Below are positions 48,593-61,800 of a stretch of 64,000 bases of DNA, piece by piece (within the stretch, counting starts at the first letter, position 1; every line of letters begins with the position of its first letter). The notes under the pieces are model-generated. The model had not been told where the DNA came from. It saw only the letters and a program-made list of their open reading frames with translations, and searched no databases. Origin of the DNA: Tubulanus polymorphus (lineage: Eukaryota; Animalia; Nemertea). Location: positions 10,194,850 to 10,258,849 of the forward strand of contig NC_134029.1 in NCBI RefSeq assembly GCF_964204645.1, written 5' to 3'. Made by a program: the position numbers and the translations under genes.

Positions 48593-50575
48593 AAGACTAA
48601 CCCGATGGATTTTTGGGCTTACGCCAAGTCCAAAACAAAAGCTAAGTCATCTATACCTGATCTCCTTATCCCACATCCCACATCAGTTAAGGTCAGTAAT
48701 GAGATAGAGAAAGCAGAATTGCTAAATAATCAGTTTGTTAAAGCGTTTACATCAGAAAACTTGACAATCATCCCTGAACCGCAAAATAGACAGATTCTGG
48801 TGCCTTTTCAGCACATTCATATTACATGCAAGGCAGTGGAAAAAAAACTAATCAAGCTTAAACGTGTTCAAGAGTATGGGACCAGATGGCCTGCATCCAA
48901 GACTGCTAAAGGAAGTAGCTTCGGCTATAGCGGAACCCTTAACACTCATATTTCGCAGGAGTTTGAGTAATAGTATAGTACCAAACGACTGGAAAGAAGC
49001 CAACGTGACCCCATTATACAAAGGAAAGGGAAATAGAGCCGAGGGTGTAAACTACAGACCAGTTAGTCTTACATAGATCTGCTCAAAAATAATGGAAAGC
49101 TTCATAAGAGATCATATCATGAAGCATTTAGAAATCAATGGTTTGATCAGTCATCACCAGCATGGTTTTGTCAAAGGAAAAAACTGCGTGACGAATTTGC
49201 TGGAAGCACTAAATAACTGGACAACAGCCCTAGACTCTGGAAAAAGTGTAGATGTCATTTATACAGATTTTGCAAAGGCGTTTGACCGAGTCCCACACCA
49301 ACGACTTTTGAAAAAGATGCATAGTTACGGGCTATCGGACGAGGTATGTCTATGGGTTAATAATTTTCTGTCAGGTAGAGAACAAAAAGTGGTTATTAAT
49401 GGTCAATCGTCATCATCAGCGGCTGTCACTAGCGGCATACCCCAAGGATCGGTCTTGGGTCCAATACTATTTGTTATTTATATTGATGATTTGCAAGATG
49501 TGTTAGATTGTTGCGTGGGTATGTTTGCAGATGACACTTATATATAACATCATCGAAAAAATCAAAGACTGTGAGAATTTACAGGCAAATATTGACAGAA
49601 TGACAGTATGCCACAAACTGAGGCAACTGGGATTTCAAACGGCTAAATGCAAAGTAATGAGAATAGGTAGAAACCCACCGGATTTCAGGTACCACATGAA
49701 CTATGCTGATGGAAACCGCTTACCATTGGATGAAATCAAGTGTGAGAGAGACTTAGGAGTAGACGTCGACAATAAACTGATATTTGAATCACAAGTTCGA
49801 AATGTAGTGAACAAAGCATACAGAACATTATCAGCTATTAAAAACACATACGTCTATCTAGAAGAGGATACACTTATACCTCTGTATAAGGCCCTAATTC
49901 GACCGATATTAGAGTATGCTAATCTAGTATGGGCCTTGCAGTATCAAAAGGAAATTGACGCTATTGAGGCAGTCCAAAGGAGAGTTACTAGGATGGTTCC
50001 CCGATTACAGAATTTATCCTATGAACAGCGCCTAAAACAACTTAAACTTCCAACCCTGGTCTATAGAAGAATGAGGGGTGATGCAATCAACACGTACAAG
50101 TATGTACATGGTATATGTCCCTCCCCACCAAACTTTCTACCCAGGGTACTGTCCACTAGAACTCGCGGTCATCCATTTAAATTGTTTCTGTCAAGAGTAA
50201 AATTAAACTGTAGAAAATACTTTTTCAGCATTCGAACGATCCAGATCTGGAATTCGCTACCGTTAGAAGTTGTTAGTGCGCCGTCGGTGGATTGCTTTAA
50301 GGTCAGGCTTGACAGACATTGGAGTACGCACCCGAAGCTGTATTCCTATAAGGATTAAACTCTGAACATATGTTACGTGTGTATATATGAAACTTTTTAG
50401 AATTGTGTTATAAAAACGCTAGTGGAAACGGAATAGTAAGCGGATATAGCATCGATTTACGAATTTATAAAACTGCGCACCAACCAAAGCTGCAGTAGTG
50501 ATTTTTATTTACGCTAGGAGAGGTCAAGGTCTAAGAGACCAGAGTACCAAACGGATACGATACGATACGATACGA
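48593..50575 (+). mobile_element. CR1-group LINE, 3' part (RT pseudogene, 3' UTR, (GATAC)n tail)
   Basis: GPDGLHPRLLKE, NYRPVSLT, QHGF, DFAKAFD, GIPQGSVLGP, FADDT, TRGHPFKL, WNSLP. Contains frameshifts and a stop; tail at 50554-50574. Confidence 0.92.
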
Positions 50576-51119
50576 AAACGATCTAATAAAATCCTTAGAG
50601 TAAAATTGCAGTGTTCTTGTTTGGCACAGAGTGGCAGCACCTTTTAGTTAACATCATAGAGGAGGATGAAATGGGCACTCTATTCAATATGGGCTTCACC
50701 TTGGTAGACTGGTTGCCGGTCTACTTTTAGTTCGATTCTGACTATTCTGACTGCGAATGTAAGTGGCGCATAATTGGACAGGCAACCAGTCTATCCCCTG
50801 GGATCATCGAACCACTTCCGGTTAACGATTTTGTCACTTGGAATATCAATTCTAAAAGGTGTAAGCTCAGTTTGCGATTTTTCAATTTTCAATTTTCGAT
50901 TATTCAAAATTTTGCAGAACTAGTGCCCTATCAGTGGTTGGGCATTTAAAGTTTTTACAGCCAGGTTTGATTAGTTTGCCATCTAATGCTAAAATAAGGT
51001 TAGTAGGCCAGTCGCCCGTGACGTGAGAGGGACGCCCGTAGCCAGGGGGAGTCACCCCTTCGAACGATACTCGACAATTCTTTCGACGCGCAGTTAAAAT
51101 ATGCGGTCCTTTCACAATA

Positions 51120-51945
51120 AATATTCTCATTTGATTTTCTCAGTCTACCGTAAACCTATCAACGCCGAGGCATACCTTCACTTCTTTTCGTTTACTGCTA
51201 AATCAATCAAAATTGGTCTTGCCCAATGCCTCTTTCTCCGTGCACTACGGATCTGCGATGAAACCTTCCTTTCGGCTGAATTTGACCATATATCCAACTC
51301 TCTTAAAAAATTGGCTTACCCTGATCACATTTTGAAAATTGCTATTTCTAAGGCTAAACGTACTTTCTTCAATTCTAAACCTCCAGAAAATAAAAAACAC
51401 ATTTCATTGAGAGTTCATTGTAGTTCCGTATGTACCTGTTATGGAAAAGTTTCGTCACTCTCTCCCTTTATTGGATAAACAAATCATTTTCACGTATGAA
51501 AACAAAATTAGTAAGACTGGTTAAAAACAATCAATCTAAACCTTTGGACTGCGGAGTTTACAAAATTCCTTGTTTTGGCTGTGATAAAATTTATCATTGT
51601 TTTAATTTTTTAATTTTGATAAAGCCGAAATTATTTATACTTCCAGCAATTACACTAAACGCCACATAGTTGAGTCTGCCCTAATTACTCGTCACTCAAA
51701 TATTAGTACCAATTTGAATAATGGCTTTTCTCCGCACAATTCCCTTCTTTCTAAGTATATTACTTCATGCCTTGCCAAACACTAGTTATTTACTCACTCA
51801 CCAATTTACTCAATTAACCTGTTCTATATATATATCTATATATATATATATATATATATACCCCTGTTTTTAACCTATATCTCACACCTGACGATGATCT
51901 CTAGGGCGAGATCGAAACGTCGTGTCTTTTATATATTTATCTTAT
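51120..51945 (+). mobile_element. Penelope-like element 3' fragment (RT thumb plus GIY-YIG start), decayed
   Basis: SVYRKP...YLHFFS...RALRIC...LAYP, then GVYKIPCFGCDKIY, followed by (TA)n and a hammerhead motif. Confidence 0.85.
51884..51925 (+). ncRNA. Minimal type I hammerhead ribozyme (Penelope-associated)
   Basis: acac-CTGACGA-t-gatctc[tagggc]gagatc-GAAA-cGTC-gtgt: intact catalytic core, stem I, stem II and a palindromic ACGT stem III. Confidence 0.85.
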
Positions 51946-53135
51946 TATACGGTCCTTGATTTCACATCGTCACTGCTCTCAATTTTGACGTTCAAAAATC
52001 CAATAATCACCGGCAAATACCTGCATTTCATTTCAATACCTGCATTTTAAAGTGGTGAATTAATTAAGTTAATCAAGCTAGGGACTGCAGAGCTATATGA
52101 CATTCAATCAAAACTTATGTTTCAAAAATGAGCGCAAATTATCGCAACAATGGGGACCTCGAGGGACCGCGACAAAATGGCGCCTAGGAACTGGAAACTT
52201 CTTTATTGTGATGTGTTCTGGTACTATTACAGAACGAATGTCCTACCAGTATTAGTATTAGTAATTGAAACACTCTACGATGCCAATGACCGAAGTTTGA
52301 ATGTGAGTAAAATATTAACTAGATGCGTCGGGAATAGTTTTTCAAAGATCTTCTGGGGGAGGCCTCTAGACAGGCGAAGTAACTGCGGTGCTTGCTTTTC
52401 GAAAATACAGAACATGTCAAAAGTCTCCTTTTTATAATTCAAGAACGCCCCTTTTAAAATCCTGGCTACGGGCTTACTGACCACGCCAAAAAATATCGGA
52501 TTACATAGTCACGCCCCATGTCAGAGCGCCAGTGATAGAGAGTTGTCTGATCAGGGAAGTGTGATACTTCCCTGGTCTGATCAATACACGACGATAAAGA
52601 ACGTATAGGCTAATGTGTCACCGCATTCAGTTTCTCGAGAATGAAAAATTTAGGTGGGAGCACCCTTAACGCATCGAAGTACATTTAGCCGTTTATTGAT
52701 GATGAAAATTTGATTTCTGCTTACATTGTTCTCACATCCAATTAGTCACTATCATCCTTCTTCCCAATATATCAATTTTCTTCCCAATATATCACCCAAT
52801 AACTTTCCACTTTCACTAGAGCAGCCAAAAATCGACGCATCAACGAATTTTTCAGTACCGGCATACGCAATCTTCATCATGTTCATTTTCATCAAATTGC
52901 AAGAAACAAGTTCGGTCATAGCTTTTTTAAAAGTGAATTCTTTACTGTAACCAAGGGTGCGTCAGCCATGATATGATGTCTTCGTTGCCAAAAGGCTGAA
53001 ATTTCTTTTGTTTATGAAATGTTGTAATTTCTTGTGGAAACAGTTAATGCGAGATGAAACATATAATTTCGTTCGAATCAAAATATGAAAAAATATTCAT
53101 TTTTAACGTGTCACCTCCGGGGCTCCGTACACTTA

Positions 53136-53929
53136 AGGCTGGCTTATGTCGACAAGCAACGCGACGCCTACCGACGCAACTGGGTTTATCGCCGATGAGC
53201 GGCAACTTGCGGCCTACAAGAGGCCACCAGTTGCTCCTCAATCGGTTCGACATAAGCCGGCTTGCGACGGCAACGCGACGCCTACCGACTCGTTGCAAGC
53301 CGTATCCGGCTAGTTGCCCATGTTCTACTCCGGCCTACGGTAGGCGGGCAGTTGCTTTCGATCGCAGCCGACATAAGCTCATCTGCGACGCGACGGAACT
53401 GAGCGCAGGGGTTCCAGCCAATGAGAGACCGCATATACATAGTACAAATTATCACCGCTAGTTAGCGTCATTCGTAATTAGTCATAAACTTTCAAATTCA
53501 AGTAGTTCAAAACGTAAACCAAACCTTCAGCACGGCAGAGGACTGGACCGAAGATCTAGAAACGAAATTGGTAGAATTATGGTGTGAGCGGCCATCGTTA
53601 TATGATGTCGCTAGCACGTTGTATTCAAAACAGAATCAGAAAAATCTAAGTCTCAAAGAAATAGCTTTTCTAATAGAAATATATTTCCTAATAATTCAAA
53701 TTTATTCTCAAAATGCTTATCACGTGACCATTTGAGCTGTTGCAGTTGCTAGTAATCGCAACCGACATAAGCAGGGAAGCAACTGGGAGGATCTCATATC
53801 CCGCTAGTCGGCCTCAGTTGCTGCGAATCGGAGCGCAGTCGACATAAGCTGGGCTGCGATCGCGGTTGCTCTCAGTTGCGTCGGTAGGAGTCGGTAGGCG
53901 TCGCGTTGCTTGTCGACATAAGCCAGCCT
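53136..53929 (+). mobile_element. PIF/Harbinger deletion derivative with a MADF/Myb-SANT fragment
   Basis: TIRs of about 40 bp (aggctggcttatgtcgacaagcaacgcgacgcctaccgac) and TTA TSD. The internal segment at about 53541-53670 reads DWTEDLETKLVELWCERPSLYDV...LKEIA. Confidence 0.88.
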
Positions 53930-53938
53930 TTACGAATA

Positions 53939-54095
53939 CAGTCAACCCCCGATAAACCGCCACCCCGCCTACCACCAGGTTTCTCAATGTACATCTCTAT
54001 ACAAATACATAGTAAAACACACCCGATAAAGCGCCACTCTCTATACCGCCAAAATCGATCAGCACCGATGTGGGCGGTATATCGGGGGTTGACCG
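53939..54095. mobile_element. Tc1/mariner (pogo/Tigger-like) MITE
   Basis: ta|cagtcaacccccgataaaccgcc ... ggcggtatatcgggggttgaccg|ta. Confidence 0.8.
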
Positions 54096-54166
54096 TATTT
54101 TGACTGCGATTTATTTTCCATGGAATTATATCTACTCTAACGGCGAAAGACTGACGCGCAAAAGAT

Positions 54167-54379
54167 AGCTGCGATCACCCGAGCATTCTTGGCCCGGAGC
54201 AACTGTTCACACGGGTGCTAAAAACTTCGACCTACTATATCAAACCACTAGGCTCAAGCCAATTTTTGGCAAGGGTCAATTATTGCGTGTTCTCACTTAT
54301 TAGGCACGGGCCAAATTTGAATCGGGCCTGATCCTTGCCATATTGGCCCGGGCCAAATCGTTTGCGTGTAATCGCGGCT
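54167..54379. mobile_element. MITE; related partial copies at about 1970-2158 and 8690-8753
   Basis: Ends agctgcgatcac / gtaatcgcggct; copies share gttcaca(c/t)gggt and gtgatcgcg(g/a)ct motifs. Confidence 0.6.
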
Positions 54380-55077
54380 AAGTGACGTCACGCACATGAA
54401 ATCTACAAATATTTAGTAGGACTTAAATGGCCGAATTATGGACTGACGCCAGCATTTTCCTTTTACATTCACGGATGGTTTGCGCAAGTTTGAGAAGCGA
54501 CGGACGTTTACTACGATTGCGTGATAGCTTAACCATCTGTGCAACTTCACATATTGTGTGTCGTCTCTAAATGTTGCAAAATGTGTTTGCATACTTTCGA
54601 ATATTTTGATCTTCCTAGAAAATATTTTGAAGAGTTCGATGAATATACAGTAAAAGTCCATTATAATGCCACTGTTGGGACCAGTGAAAAATATAATATG
54701 GCGTTTAAACGAATTTGGTGTTATGAATTATGTTCTCATTGAATTCGAGTTAGATTGAGCAAATCTTTTCTCCGAAAAATGTTGGCGTTTAATGAGTAAT
54801 GGCATTAAAAGGATGGCATTATAACAGATTTTGAGAGCATGACGTGCAAACATATTCCTCGAGTCACCAACTGAAAACAAACATGTCCAGGGCCCAATTC
54901 ACAGTACGATTTAAGTTTTATTTATCATTTAAATATCGGAATCCAAGGTTTTTAGTAACAACTACAAGTCGTGCAGGGAATCGTTATTATGAAAGGATGA
55001 TATTCATATTTCTTATCGGCTAGTTATTTCCCCATTAAGAAACGTGTGCCTATACCCCTTATGCTTGCCGTGGTAAC

Positions 55078-55280
55078 AGGTAAAAACCCCCCCGGTAAAA
55101 ATCCCCCATAGGTAGAAATCTTTTGTAAAAAGTATTATCTGTTTTCATAGGTTTTTTACTTTAATTTGTTAGAGAACAGATATTGGGGGGTTTTTTTACC
55201 GTGGGGGGGGATTTTTACCTGGGGGATTTTTACCGTGTGGGATTTTTACCAAGGGGATTTTTACCGGGGGGATTTTACCT
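55078..55280. mobile_element. Foldback-like MITE with subterminal tandem ggtaaaaatccc repeats
   Basis: Repeat blocks are in opposite orientation at the two ends. Confidence 0.7.
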
Positions 55281-56018
55281 ACATTCGCTTGCCGTACCTG
55301 GTCAAATTTATCTTGTCCAAATTGAGATGTCTCAAGTGAGTATCCAATTCTGTTGTAACGTAGGAGCACATCAAGTATGTGCTCAACTTCCACGGATCAT
55401 TAAGAGTAACTAATGAAAATGTGGCCACTTGTTCCCACGTACACCATGAAGTAAGTCTGATCCAAATGGCACTGATCAATCCATGTCACTTCAATGGAAT
55501 CTAAAGTCTTGAAATACAGCCTATACATTCTAACAAAAAGTCTCATCATCGCTAATTTGTAACGTCTACGAATATTTATTTAGTTAGCAGCACCAATGAA
55601 CAGAAGCTGTTCTTACTTAACTATTGTCATTTTTGATCAAAATAATCTAACCTCGTTATGATTCACCAGAAGCACCAAAACATCAACCCTACATTTATTT
55701 ATCAGTTTGAAAACTGTACCGGTGTATGCTTAACCTGTGAGATACCAGAGACAGTGCTATTAAGGCATTTTTTAGTAATATCTTATCACACCCGAAATCC
55801 ACCACAAATGGTCTCCTAGGTCATATCGATATCACAGCTTTACTTTCATTCACACATTGACAAAACCTGAACACTAGATTTAGCGGCGACCGTTCACTCT
55901 TCCGCGATGAAAATGTCGTAGACACATATTGTTATCGACATAAAGGCGTACCATATTTATGTCACAGTTTGTCATTTTGTTATTATTTCATAATCATGTG
56001 ATTCGATGTTCACATAAT

Positions 56019-58838
56019 TCACTCAATGATATCAAGGTAAGTGTGAATTGGCTTCGATCGGTCTATCATCACTTTCAATCTAGCTTTGATCTCCGCCATA
56101 GTTAATCGTCCAAATGGCTGGCGATTCCAACAAGCGCGCATTATTTTATAGATTTCTTGTGGACAGTTTCGTGGAGCATCAAGTAATTTCCCATCCTGTA
56201 TATACTGCACAACCTACAATGTATAAACACCAACTCGTTAGAAACAGGTTTCCATATTGTATCGCATCTTATGGTGATTTAGATTTGGTGAAAATACATG
56301 TACTCGAGCGATCTAAAACGTTTCTACAGGGCATCTCCCCTTATGGTACAGCCCCCGGCTTGGAGATGTCCGTTTCTTAAATTGTATTTATGTGTGTATA
56401 TGAATTATTTGTAATTAGAGAGAATAAAGCATATTCATTCATTCATTCATTCTACTGACACTTATGTAATACTGTGGAAAAATGAAAGCGTAAGCTCTAC
56501 TACGATCCTCCGGCCTATTTGAAAGAGTAAATATCACGCTAATGTATCAGCCATTATATCAACGGTGGCTGATTCTAGTTGAAATTGAAAACAAATCTGA
56601 CATTCAAGCTCCACCATATTTCAAAAAGGTTTCACCGTGGCGTTAAAACGAGAAGGACCACGTTGACACCAAAAACTTGTTTTAACGAAGCGTTATAACG
56701 AAGTAGTGTAAAACGTTTTAAGTATTGGCGGATATCGAGCGTCATCAACTGGGAGGTGGGACAAGACAGATAGAGAGGAACGTATTTGTACTCTATGTAA
56801 CAATGGTGTCGGTGATGAATATCATTATCTTTTTTGTTGTATTTATTTTAGCGATGTAAGAATGCGCCTAATCCCCCAATATTTTTGGATTAATCCAAAT
56901 CCCTTCAAATTCAGAGCTTTAATGCAACAGAAAAATGAATATGTATTAAAAGATTTGTGTACTTTTGTATCAACTGTTATGAAAACATTCGCTTAAATTT
57001 CCGGCCATCTGTAAGCATACATGTACCATTTTTGGTTTTTCTTGTAATTTTCTTGTATTACGCTCTAATTGTCATGTAAATGACCTGAGTTTATCGTAAA
57101 TAAAGTAAAGTAAAATCTATTTTGTTTTCAATGTGGTGCGAATTAGCCAACGAAATTCATTTTTTTCAGGCCACGCAACGATAGTACACCCGGTTTGCGT
57201 CAAAAAAGCGTTTAACGCCACGTTGGTGTCACGTTTAAACTGGCGCAAATTGGGTAGTGACTGATTCAGAGACTCCCTACTCTAAGAAACTGGAAGCCGG
57301 AAACGGATGAAAGCTTCTGGTCTAAGTCCATCGGAAACTAGATTGAGGACGCTAGCGGAGTTTTTCTACCACAAGGCGAATTTCTGGGAGCGGTTTGGTG
57401 ATTGATCTTGCGATTTTCCGACCGAAAGCTACGTACGTAGCATCCTCGATTTAATCAGCGAGGGATAACGCATAATCGGTAGGCGGGGCACCAAAAGAAA
57501 AGAAAGGAAAAACCTCGGCAGTGGCCCCTCTGTTCCTCCTACCCAATCAGCCGCGGAGACCCTATCATTACAATATGTTGCATAATAGACCTCATTCACG
57601 GGTCACAGGTACACGTCGAAAAGTTTTGTATATCTGATACAATTTCTCTCGGATTTCGAGTTCAGCTCTTGCTTGCCTTTCATGTTACCGCCACAGATTT
57701 AGTCTCTTATTTTTTTCAACCGGGTAATCGTGTTTGAACTATATATTTTATTGTTGCAAGCTAACACGGATGAACCGACTTGACGAGGTGTGAATTGATG
57801 AACTGTTTTAACTTCGTATTAACGCGAATCAACGGTTTTAACGTGGCTTTCAACAGATGAACGGTTTTAGATATGATTTTCTAAAAAAATACACATAAAT
57901 AGTTACTGTCAGGTTGAATACATAACATTAGTTTCATCAGTAGTATTCAAACCAATTTTCTGTATAAACGTTTTTCTTACCTCATGATTTGATAAATCGT
58001 ACCAAGGCTGCTTCCCATACGTGTAGATTTCCCACAATACCACGCCATAACTCCAGACGTCTGATTCGATGGTGAATTTCCTATACATGACACTTTCGGG
58101 GGGCATCCAACGAACCGGTAACATCGTCTGTCCACCGACCTATTCACAGAAACAATTCAACAATTCATGTATTTTAACTACGGTTCTGTTCGTACAGTGT
58201 GATTAACCTTGATATTACTACCTTATAATAATCAGCGCTGTAGATATCACGAGACATTCCGAAATCTCCTATTTTCACGATGAAGTTTTCACCAACGAGG
58301 CAATTTCTTGTAGCCAGATCTCGATGAACAAAGTGTTGGGATGCCAGATAGTTCATTCCTTCGGCTATTTGCCAACTGATATGTAGCAACTCGGCTGCGG
58401 TGAGTTGGGCAATATCAACTGGGTCTCTGCACAGAAAAGCAGCATCGGGTCCGTGGGACCTACGTAGACACGTATTAATTAATGTAAATTTATATCTACA
58501 ATGTATTCAGAGTTCTCGTCGCCTTATTTACCTTAGATAGTTGTTTAAATCTCCATTTTCCATGTATTCAAATATCATCATTAACGGTTCACGGTCCGCA
58601 CAAACGCCGTAAAAGTTAACTATATTTTCGTGATGCAGATATGTCAACAGTTCCACCTCCCGATCAAATGTTTTCCTTGCATCTTCCATCGTGCAATCTT
58701 TCAGTGTTTTAACAGCCACCAGGGTGCTCTGTTCACCGTCCTCTAAACCGACGCATCTACCAAGATACACTCGACCAAAGGCGCCTTCTCCGAGCTCACG
58801 AATAAACGTTATACACTCTAAATTCACATGTCGTATAA
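56019..58838 (-). CDS. Trk: Trk-family receptor tyrosine kinase, kinase-domain exons 58838-58532, 58459-58222, 58139-57981 and 56213-56019 (5' part not resolved)
   Basis: [82 protein letters not shown]-terminal YLDII (PLC-gamma site). GT-AG junctions keep the frame. Confidence 0.93.
56250..56452 (+). mobile_element. LINE (L2-like) 3' end in a Trk intron
   Basis: Stem-loop ggcatctcc...ggagatgtc, AATAAA and an (ATTC)n tail. Confidence 0.55.
56720..57115 (+). mobile_element. LINE 3' fragment with C-terminal zinc knuckle in a Trk intron
   Basis: [21 protein letters not shown], then AATAAA and a (TAAAG)n tail. Confidence 0.75.
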
Positions 58839-61800
58839 CTATAATTCAAAAGAGTAATAAGCAATCAGGGCCAGAAAAAAACCAGACAAAAACTTCAAAA
58901 GTTCATAAATTTCAATTTCGATGAAGAGATAATGCGATATTTGAATAGTTACTTAATATGGCTGGCAACAATTGGAATGAATAGAATGTAAAGTTGCTAA
59001 ATGTAAAAAATGAATATGTGAGGACTCACTTCTCATGATGGCTCCAAATAAATTGAAATCCATTGATTGAAAAGATCGTAAAGTTTTCAACATTCATTCA
59101 TGCCATTAACTTCTCCATTTTCACCAACATTCAAAGCTTTTGATAAACGATTTAAAACACAAATCACAACGGTAATACAACGACATTAATGCACCGTAAC
59201 CATAAGCAACTTATCACACTTCATATTCTATCCCCGCCACCGAACGGAGATTTTATTACCACCACTGCTCAATTTTCAAATATTAACCATTACCCTGTCC
59301 CATACGTAGTTGTCACCTTGGACTCCAGCAACACTTTCTGCATTTGTGAATTAGGGTTAACAGCCGAGTTAAGATAAGTTCATTTCCAATGAGCTCTCGG
59401 TCATATCTCAACTCACTGTTGAACTGGGTCTAGGGTAAGAATAAAATCATGTGTGATGTTATTAACCCACAGGTAACCCACGACTGTCAAACTGGTTGTA
59501 AAATGAATGAACGAAATCGATCAATCTATGCGGTTGTTCTTGCTGATCAATTGAATCAAAATAGGCTACAATTACCATGAAATAGATTGTTATTGAACTT
59601 GTTGATTTGCTCGCAACCTCTGTATGAAAGTCGGCATAAGGAATATTTAGACTGCATTCCGAAATTCCGCCGCACCCTGAAAGCAGGACAAGTTTGGATT
59701 TTTTAAATTTCTCCGTAATTTTCTGGTTGTCAGTGTTATTTTTCGGGAAGATATGATGGTTGATTCGACCATAACCTGAAAATCAGGGTAATAAAACACT
59801 AGAAAGCCAAAACAAGAAGAAAGCTGAATTTGAACAAAGAACTAAGTAATAGACGAATATGTTTGTTTTTTTTTCAAGACGCCAATTCCCCGAAAAAATG
59901 TCTTTTTGGCGCGCTAAAACAACAGTTAAACAAACTGTTCAACAACGGTAATATCGATTCTTTCCAATTCAGGTCTGCCATAACGAAAACTGATTTTTAC
60001 CGTGGCTAAAGTTTTCTTTCTTCTTGGGGTGTGGTCGACAAAAGGATATTCAGTTTTGATTGGGCCTCAAAACGAAAGTTTTTCTTCGTGGTACACCAAA
60101 ACGAGAAATTCTCTAATGTTTCAAATCCTTTTTTTCCAGTAATCGTCATTCTCATCCATTTTTGCTGTTTTTTTCTATTTTTCTATCACCATCTACGGCA
60201 AACCCAAAAAGGCAAAACGACAAGCCCGTAAGAGTTCACCCCTGCCAAATGCCTGTCTGTGTTATTTCAACGAAAAATTGTACTGTGTAAATTAAGCAGA
60301 AAGTGTCACATTTAACACACAAATTGCAATTTTTATGTTATATGTGACACTTTCTGCTTTACTTTATACTTTCACTTTTTATTTGATTTACACAGATTAT
60401 GTTTGTGCGGTGCATTTCCACAAACTGAATTAACTGAGGTTGAATGATCAAACCTTAGATGCTAAGACTTAATTAAGGGTTTAATTCTTGTCAAATTGGC
60501 CTCGATATTGTGTTACTATCAGCGACCTTCTCTGATTATCAAATAATGACGATGTTTATCCTCTCGAAAGCATTTTGCTATTTTCGCACCTCGAAGTAAA
60601 TGCCTGTGCGATGTCGCCAAAATGATTAATCGTTTAGCTTTTGAGGTCATTGAATTTCGATTCGTTAGAATATCTCTTCTGCAACTTGCACAACAGCTTC
60701 CACCTTACCAAGGTCCACGCGAGTAATGTGGTCCCATAATTTTCTTCAATTAGACGCTAATGATGTGAACGTCATCTTCGAATTTCCATTCGTCTCAACC
60801 GCATTCTCATCTTGTAGAAGAACTGGTAGTTTTAATCAAAATGATAGGAGTTTCCGCCATTTTGCAGAAATTCTATCATTATTCCCATCCACCACACAGG
60901 AGTATTCCAAACTTGATATCTCCGTCAGTTCTTATCGGATCTTCATGATATTTTTGGAATGTATTCAGCTCCTTCATTGTCACAAAGCAATCTTTGAATT
61001 TTCGTCCGTTATTTAAAGGGAAAGTTAACTTAGCACCTCTCTAGGATCAACCGTCTTAGCCGTGGGGTATATATGGGATAGAGATAGAGTGGTTCCCTCG
61101 CACGACTTGGGCGCTTCAAATGATACGTAACCCCTTTGGCTCTCCGGTAGTGCCACCTTCCCAAGGAAAATGGAAAATATAATAGTGTGCGCACACCCTG
61201 CATGCAGCCTCGATAGCAATTTTAGGTTCAAGGCCAAATTGATTTCACGACGGGAATAATACATAGGAATTAGAGAAAAGAAATCAAATTTACAATCGTT
61301 TCAACAAGCACAATTACACCGTATGAAAAGGAAATGAATGAAGCTTTCTACGCATGGATCTAAAAAAGAAAGCGCTACCACGTGGAATTTAACCCATAAT
61401 GGTTGGGTTGATCAAATATTTACAGACTATAGATGACATCCAGAGGTTCATAAGCATCAACATTGCTATCAGGCTTGCGGTAAATGGTCACTATTAGAGA
61501 ATCATAACCTTGGTGTCAGTCATGAAGTCGAATTACCAAAAGGGACGAGATTACCAGTTTTCCGTTAAGTTTATGGAATTTGATTATAGATAATGTTGAG
61601 GGTGCAAGTTTTTTTATAGATAAAAGGCGAGCTGTCTAGTTGCACTGCCAAAAAAGTCATTATTTCTTTCTTCTTGCATTGCCTACAATATTCTAATGTG
61701 ATACCAAAATATCATACAAAACGATGTGATTTATAAGTAAAAGGTTGACTCTATTTAGTGTCTATGTTGTCTATTAAGATTAATTCCTTTTCTTGCTTAT

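Noticed and set aside
53044-53461. ORFs of 84 and 135 aa
   Set aside because: They arise from the GC-rich terminal repeats of the Harbinger derivative.
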